Part shown: piece after piece, positions 59,375-64,000 of the stretch
Layout: every line of letters begins with the position of its first letter
Numbering within the stretch: the stretch's first letter is position 1
NCBI GenBank assembly: GCA_964612895.1
Contig: CAZTFL010000001.1
Span: 265,043 to 329,042 of the forward strand
Length of the DNA stretch: 64,000 nt
From: Candidatus Woesearchaeota archaeon
GTDB taxonomy: Archaea; Nanobdellota; Nanobdellia; Pacearchaeales; GW2011-AR1
Direction: 5' to 3'
Position numbers and translations under genes: made by a program
Notes under the pieces: generated by a model
Seen by the model: the letters and a program-made list of their open reading frames with translations, nothing else
Databases searched by the model: none
Told to the model about the DNA's origin: nothing

Positions 59375-60190
59375 TTATTTATAACATTTATCCAATATTG
59401 TATCAAAAGAACTATTTATTTTTCCTGCCATAAATTCATAAAATTCTTGTTCTCCTTTGGATAGTCCAGTATTGTCCTGTGCTCTATTATTATTATAACC
59501 ATCTACAGCATTTTCCAGATGAGTATAGTAATCAAATCTTTCTCCTGATTTTATTATTGGCATTGGAATTTTGTAATGATTTAAAATTATATTTTGTAAT
59601 GTTCTTGCGGTCCTACCATTCCCATCAACAAATGGATGTATTCTTGCTATTTGAAAATGGGCAAATGCTGAAGCAATTATTACATCAACTGGATCAATTG
59701 GATTAGCATTTTCTATTTTACTAAATTGTTTATTTAAAGAACAAACGAAACTTGGAATTTCATAATTTGAAATTTTTTCATAATTTGGCATCACTTTACA
59801 ACCATTTTTACCATTTAATCTAGCAGAAACTGTTCTATATTTTGCTATAGAATTATCATATATTTCTGGTGAAATCATTCCTGCTATTTCTCGAACAAAT
59901 GATTCTTCAAAATTTTTTGGATTAAAATTTTTTATTCCCCATAATCTTGCATTATTAATAGATTTTATACCATTTCTTGTTGTTTTTTTTCTTGTACTTC
60001 TTGATACTGATGGAAATTCATTGTAAACATTGGGATTTTCTATTTTGTATGATTCATATTCGGCATCTTCTATAATTCTTTTCATTTGATTTTTTTCACA
60101 TTGAAAATAAAAATTATCATTTTCTATAGAATTTAGTATTCTATATTTATTTCTTAATTCAGAAGATAATTGCCTAGAAACGCATTCCAT
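59375..60190 (-). CDS. Fic/Doc-family protein (AMPylase-type)
   Basis: Canonical Fic motif HPFVDGNGRTARTL. Confidence 0.8.
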   Translation of the reverse strand: MECVSRQLSSELRNKYRILNSIENDNFYFQCEKNQMKRIIEDAEYESYKIENPNVYNEFPSVSRSTRKKTTRNGIKSINNARLWGIKNFNPKNFEESFVREIAGMISPEIYDNSIAKYRTVSARLNGKNGCKVMPNYEKISNYEIPSFVCSLNKQFSKIENANPIDPVDVIIASAFAHFQIARIHPFVDGNGRTARTLQNIILNHYKIPMPIIKSGERFDYYTHLENAVDGYNNNRAQDNTGLSKGEQEFYEFMAGKINSSFDTILDKCYK

Positions 60191-60286
60191 GTAAAAAGAA
60201 TGTAAATAGTATATTTAAGTGTTACTATATAATAGTATATAAATCATATAACAAGAAATAAAAATATATTTTGTTTGTTTTAAAAA

Positions 60287-60922
60287 GTGAAAGAAAAATT
60301 TTACAAAAATAAAAAAAGAAATAATGGATGGGTTGTTAAAAATGATAGACCTGAAGAATATTTAGGAAATCCTTATTTATATTATACTGACGATGAGGTG
60401 GAAAAGTACGCTCGTTCTGGTGGAATGAGAAGAGCTCAAGAAAAAATAGCTTATAGAGTTTTAGAACTTTTAGAATTAGAGCCTGGATGTTTTTTATTAG
60501 ATGTCGGCTCTGGACCGGGGTATACCGCAGAAATTTATCGTTCTGAAGGATATAATGTAACTTGTATGGATTTAATTCCTAAAATGATAGATAAAGCAAA
60601 AGAAAAAAAGTTCGAGGCATATGTTGGAGATATGAGAAATATTGAAGAAGTTTTTCAAGGACGTAAATTTAACGCGGTGGTTTCTGTTTCCGCACTTCAG
60701 TGGATTAAGGATAAAGAAGAAATACAAAAAGTAGCTAAAGGAATTTATTCTGTTTTAGAAAAAGATGGAGTTCTTGTTATTCAATTTTATCCAAAAAGTG
60801 AGCAAGAATTAAAAGATACAGCTAATATATTTTCCCAAAATGGTTTTCATGGACAGATAATTACTGATTGGCCAGATATTCCAAAGAACAGGACAACTTA
60901 TTTAGTTATGAAAAGGAATTAG
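60287..60922 (+). CDS. Bud23/WBSCR22-like SAM-dependent methyltransferase (small-subunit rRNA m7G MTase-like)
   Basis: YLYYTDDEVEKYARSGGMRRAQEKIAYRVLELLEL is the Bud23 N-terminal region. LLDVGSGPGYT is motif I. AVVSVSALQWI and VIQFYPKSEQEL parallel the eukaryotic/archaeal Bud23 segments ISISAVQWL and LQLYPENSEQLE. Confidence 0.65.
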   Translation: MKEKFYKNKKRNNGWVVKNDRPEEYLGNPYLYYTDDEVEKYARSGGMRRAQEKIAYRVLELLELEPGCFLLDVGSGPGYTAEIYRSEGYNVTCMDLIPKMIDKAKEKKFEAYVGDMRNIEEVFQGRKFNAVVSVSALQWIKDKEEIQKVAKGIYSVLEKDGVLVIQFYPKSEQELKDTANIFSQNGFHGQIITDWPDIPKNRTTYLVMKRN

Positions 60923-61078
60923 AGATGAGAGTTTATTTCTATTAACATTAAAATTAAATATAATTTTACGAAAATAAATGAATATTCAAAAAATAAATGA
61001 ATGTGAAATAAATTGACAAACAAAATATAGTAAAGTTATTAAATACTAAATAATATTAATTATTAGGGATGTATAAAA

Positions 61079-61384
61079 ATGGGAATGATATCAGAATTTA
61101 TGGAATTTTTGAAGGAATATAAGGTAGTTGCTTTAGCAGTTGCTTTTATAATGGGTGTTGCCGCTACATCATTAATTCAATCATTAGTTAGTAATATAAT
61201 TATGCCAATAATAACCCCTATGATTCCTGGTGGAGCTTGGAAAACAGCAACACTTGTTTTAGGTCCAATAGTTATAGGATGGGGATCATTTTTAGGTGAA
61301 TTAATAAATTTTATAATTGTGGCATTTGTAGTTTTTGTGATTGCAAAAAAAGTAATGAAAGAAGAAAAGGTTACTAAAAAATAA
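61079..61384 (+). CDS. mscL: Large-conductance mechanosensitive channel MscL
   Basis: EFMEFLKEYKVVALAVAFIMGVAATSLIQSLVSNIIMP aligns with the MscL N-terminus/TM1, which is conserved as ([38 protein letters not shown]). TM2 is FIIVAFVVFVIAKKV. Confidence 0.75.
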   Translation: MGMISEFMEFLKEYKVVALAVAFIMGVAATSLIQSLVSNIIMPIITPMIPGGAWKTATLVLGPIVIGWGSFLGELINFIIVAFVVFVIAKKVMKEEKVTKK

Positions 61385-61524
61385 TTTGTTTTTTAATTTT
61401 TATAAAATGTCTATTTATTGTATTTAACATCGGGGTTTAAGGGAAGTTTATAATAGGATTTTGAGCGAAGCGTCCTTTGAATTTTTGAATTGCATATAAT
61501 GTTCACAGAACTAAGAGGGAAATT

Positions 61525-62268
61525 TTACTTGTATATATTTATCGTTTTAGATTTTCTATAAGGTTTTTGTGCAGAATTTTGGAGATGTATTTTTGTCAAA
61601 GATTCAGCAATAGAATGACAACCTGTACAAACCACAATTAAATTATTCTTATTATTATTTGATGGATTTTTATCTATGTGATGAATGTGTAATTGTCTTT
61701 TATTTTCTCCACATAACTGACAAGCATTGTCTGCCCTATTAAATAATTCTTTTTGAACATTATTCTTTATTGGAACTCTAACTTTTCTATTTAATTCTTT
61801 TTCGTCATCAAATCCTAAATCTATTGAACTTCCTTTTTTCTTTATGTATTGAGGTTTTGGTGCTTCTCCTAACCACTGGCCTTCCTCTTCTTTCCATTCT
61901 TTATCAGAACCATATTTACATTTTTTACAAATATAATAATGTCTGTCATACTTTATATCTCTCATTATTGTTTTTTGACTCCCAGGGTCATTTTCAGTTG
62001 TTCCATCAGAATATTTGTAAACTTTGGAATGATATGTATATGGTTCTTTCTTTATTCCTAAATCTTCTTTCCATTCAATATGTTCTTTTTTAAAAAAAGG
62101 TCTTTTACAATGAGGACATCTTGTGTCCCAAATAAAATAAGTTAATCCACAAAAAATGAAAGCAATTATAATGGAGGTAGTCATTAGATTTGAAGAAACG
62201 TTACTTCCAACAATAGAATAAATAACTAAACCAATCCAAATAAGACTAACAAACACGGTATAATACAA
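61525..62268 (-). CDS. Membrane-anchored zinc-ribbon plus HNH endonuclease-domain protein
   Basis: Two N-terminal TM helices. The middle has CPHCKRPFF and CKKCKYG. The C-terminal HNH motif is CQLCGENKRQLHIHHIDKNPSNNNKNNLIVVCTGCH. Confidence 0.6.
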   Translation of the reverse strand: MYYTVFVSLIWIGLVIYSIVGSNVSSNLMTTSIIIAFIFCGLTYFIWDTRCPHCKRPFFKKEHIEWKEDLGIKKEPYTYHSKVYKYSDGTTENDPGSQKTIMRDIKYDRHYYICKKCKYGSDKEWKEEEGQWLGEAPKPQYIKKKGSSIDLGFDDEKELNRKVRVPIKNNVQKELFNRADNACQLCGENKRQLHIHHIDKNPSNNNKNNLIVVCTGCHSIAESLTKIHLQNSAQKPYRKSKTINIYK

Positions 62269-62379
62269 TGGATCTTTGTAAAATGGAAGTGGTTCTGTAT
62301 TATTTATTATATAAATATTATAATTATTAATATTAAATACTTTTCTGTTTTGATTTAAGACGCCCCTTCATATTATTTT

Positions 62380-62660
62380 TTTCCGCAGAAAAAGGCACTC
62401 TGTCCGTAGGACTCGGAATCCCCCCTCGTTCGTTTCGTTTTTAGAAAATTACCCCCTTCGTTAGCCCCTGAAATTATTGAATAGAACATCGGAATTTAAC
62501 GAAGTCGTGAGTGTAGCGAACGATTTGGGTGGAGAAACCTGCAAGGTTTCGGAACCGTTAAATTCCTGTTAGTTTCCCCTGAATACTTGGAAGGGTTGAT
62601 TTTTAGTGCAACGATGCCGAAGGCAAAAACTCAAAGTTGCAAATTCTCGTTTATCAATTT
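62380..62660. ncRNA. Candidate structured non-coding RNA of unknown class: a GC-rich, hairpin-dense, non-coding stretch
   Basis: Local GC is far above the window background. Perfect hairpins include gatggt-ggga-accatc, ggaa-ccgttaaa-ttcc and aacc-tgca-aggtt. There is long-range cgttcg/cgaacg complementarity. A repeated gttag(n)cccctgaa motif occurs twice. No ORF lies in it. Identity and strand are unresolved. Confidence 0.2.
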
Positions 62661-62661
62661 A

Positions 62662-62674
62662 AGAGGGCACTTCA
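62662..62674. repeat. Left terminal inverted repeat (agagggcacttca), paired with 63584-63596
   Basis: Perfect 13-bp reverse-complement match to tgaagtgccctct at 63584-63596, read directly from the sequence. Confidence 0.8.
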
Positions 62675-62724
62675 GGATGGTGGGAACCATCAGTTTGTAG
62701 AATTAGGAGTTTGTCGCTGTTTTA

Positions 62725-63474
62725 TTATTGAGTCCTTGTTTTATCAATTACTTGGAGTTCTTGTTCTAGCATTGGATGACCAACACCAAAATAAAGTCTT
62801 CCACCTTGCAAAACTTCTGTTGCTCCAACTAGCAAATTCTGAGTTTTCTCAAATAATTCATAATTAAATGGAACATCAGTTTCTAGAACTCTTGGAAGAT
62901 TGTTTCCAGAGCGAGGTCGAGCAATATCAAAAATATAAGTTTTTGAGGTTGGATCTCTGACTACAATAAAAGAATGATTGCCTAAATCTGCTGAAGGAGA
63001 TTGTGCCTCAACTCCGCTCATATAAGAAGCAGAGTATCCATCTTGTAGAACATTTTGAAGTAGATATTGACCTAAAGAAGCTTGTTCTGCACACATTGCA
63101 ACACCCTTTAAATCAGTTAGTTTCGCTTTTTCATCATGGAATTTAGCTTTTCTTTCTAAATCGCTTGGAGGACTTTCAGGTTTTACATCCATTACTGTTT
63201 GAACTTTTCTTTGAACTGTATTTGCAACAAAGAAAAGATAAGGGTCAACTTTTGAACCTACTTGAGACAACCAATCTGTTACTGATTGTCTATGTTGCTC
63301 GTAAGCTTCTGAAATTTTTTGTGGAGAATGATAGTTATCTAATTCTCCATTGAAACTATCAAAATCTAGGGCAATTTTGGTTGTAAGCTCATCGCTAAAT
63401 ATAGAACCTCCAACAGGCAATTCTTGTCCTCTTTCTAGTCTATCTGCCCAAATACCCCTATATATCTTTTTCAT
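62725..63474 (-). CDS. Hypothetical protein with atypical composition, possibly a transglutaminase/papain-like Cys-His fold
   Basis: 249-aa ORF. It is much less Lys/Asn/Ile-rich and more GC-rich than all other genes here. GVAMCAEQASLGQYLL followed by GNHSFIVVRD loosely resembles Cys ... His-Asp transglutaminase-like cores. Confidence 0.35.
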   Translation of the reverse strand: MKKIYRGIWADRLERGQELPVGGSIFSDELTTKIALDFDSFNGELDNYHSPQKISEAYEQHRQSVTDWLSQVGSKVDPYLFFVANTVQRKVQTVMDVKPESPPSDLERKAKFHDEKAKLTDLKGVAMCAEQASLGQYLLQNVLQDGYSASYMSGVEAQSPSADLGNHSFIVVRDPTSKTYIFDIARPRSGNNLPRVLETDVPFNYELFEKTQNLLVGATEVLQGGRLYFGVGHPMLEQELQVIDKTRTQ

Positions 63475-63583
63475 ACTATTATAGTGTAAGAGCTGGTTTT
63501 AAATGTTTCGTTTTGTTACTACTATCAGGTGTCTAATTAACAAGGCGACAAGCTCCATTTTAGGGGCGGGTGGTCGGGGGAAT

Positions 63584-63596
63584 TGAAGTGCCCTCT
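63584..63596. repeat. Right terminal inverted repeat (tgaagtgccctct), paired with 62662-62674
   Basis: See left repeat. Confidence 0.8.
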
Positions 63597-63740
63597 CCTA
63601 TCTTTTAACTCAAAATTTAGAGAATTTGCAATTGAAACTAACATAGATTAAACGAACTTTTATTCTGAGGACATTTCGTTTAATCTTCCTATTTATCCTA
63701 AAAAGAGAATAAATCTTTTATTTTATCTATACAAAATTCT

Positions 63741-64000
63741 ATTATGAGTTATACATTACCTATTGATACTTTTATTTCAAAACTGCAAGAAAGAATTAAA
63801 CTAAGAGAATTTAGTGAACAAACTAAGAAAAGTTATTGCTATCATGTTAAGGATTTTCTATTATTTTTAGATAAAAGTAGACTTAATCTGAACGAAGAAG
63901 GAATTAAGTCATATCTACTTTCTCTTAATTTATCAAATAATTCTGTTCGTCTAAAAATTATGGCTATTAAATTTTTCTTCTTGGAAGTGCTAAAAAGTCC
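63741..64000 (+). CDS. XerC/XerD-like tyrosine recombinase, N-terminal SAM-like domain only (truncated by the window end)
   Basis: Own translation: MSYTLPIDTFISKLQERIKLREFSEQTKKSYCYHVKDFLLFLDKSRLNLNEEGIKSYLLSL. This matches the N-terminal core-binding domain pattern of Xer/phage integrases. No stop before 64000. Confidence 0.5.
   Translation, partial: MMSYTLPIDTFISKLQERIKLREFSEQTKKSYCYHVKDFLLFLDKSRLNLNEEGIKSYLLSLNLSNNSVRLKIMAIKFFFLEVLKS

Noticed and set aside
62400-62600. Type III toxin-antitoxin (ToxIN-like) tandem RNA repeats next to the cassette ORF
   Set aside because: Only two loosely similar units about 110 bp apart were found, not the tight tandem array of ~36-nt repeats expected. 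The cassette ORF has no AbiQ/ToxN features.
62350-62660. Identification of the GC-rich stretch as RNase P RNA, SRP RNA or tmRNA
   Set aside because: I could not find the P4 GGAAAGUCC / ACAGAA-type RNase P motifs, the SRP helix-8 GGAA/AGCAGCC-type motif, or a tmRNA tag reading frame. It is left as an unclassified candidate.
1-64000. CRISPR arrays, rRNA genes, IS transposases
   Set aside because: No regularly spaced short direct repeats, no rRNA-like conserved stretches, and no DDE or HUH transposase motifs were seen anywhere in the window.

Overview
By eye this is a strongly AT-rich window, roughly 30% GC (not computed), with Lys/Asn/Ile-rich proteins. A few GC-richer islands stand out at about 720-1100 and 62350-63700. 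Gene content points to a small-genome, probably DPANN-type archaeon, though an AT-rich CPR-like bacterium cannot be excluded from sequence alone. The supporting features are a Bud23-like rRNA m7G methyltransferase, a class-III-signal prepilin-like protein, an Hjc-like domain, duplicated Lrp, and gyrase. Recognisable housekeeping genes are gyrB, a small zinc-ribbon gene, gyrA, ppsA, a GatA-like amidase with a DHH phosphoesterase, tdk, uppP, mscL, a YbjQ-like gene, tRNA-Asp(GTC) and tRNA-Leu(TAA). Accessory content is heavy and is where the candidate novelty lies. (1) A candidate integrated element of about 30 kb spans a tyrosine integrase at 1501-2661 to tRNA-Asp at 31593-31664. It carries a LamG-repeat secreted protein, a GIY-YIG plus MTase pair, and a Ced/T4SS-like DNA-transfer module made of a pilin-like protein, a surface protein, a polytopic membrane protein, and a VirB4-like ATPase fused to a C-terminal Hjc/REase-like domain. 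It also carries a defence island with a Lamassu/ABC-3C-like trio with an Mrr-type effector, a Type I R-M system with two tandem hsdM paralogues, a HEPN Abi-like gene, and a DUF2779-like nuclease pair with unknown neighbours. (2) A surface-protein operon at 46860-55397 is dominated by a 2177-aa LamG-repeat protein. (3) A conflict cluster contains a P-loop ATPase, a Polbeta-NTase, an RHH gene, Fic, and a membrane-anchored HNH. (4) A GC-rich single-ORF cassette of about 0.9 kb is bounded by perfect 13-bp inverted repeats at 62662-62674 and 63584-63596, sits beside a structured GC-rich non-coding stretch, and lies beside a Xer-like recombinase gene truncated by the window end. No CRISPR array, rRNA, or recognisable IS transposase was seen.
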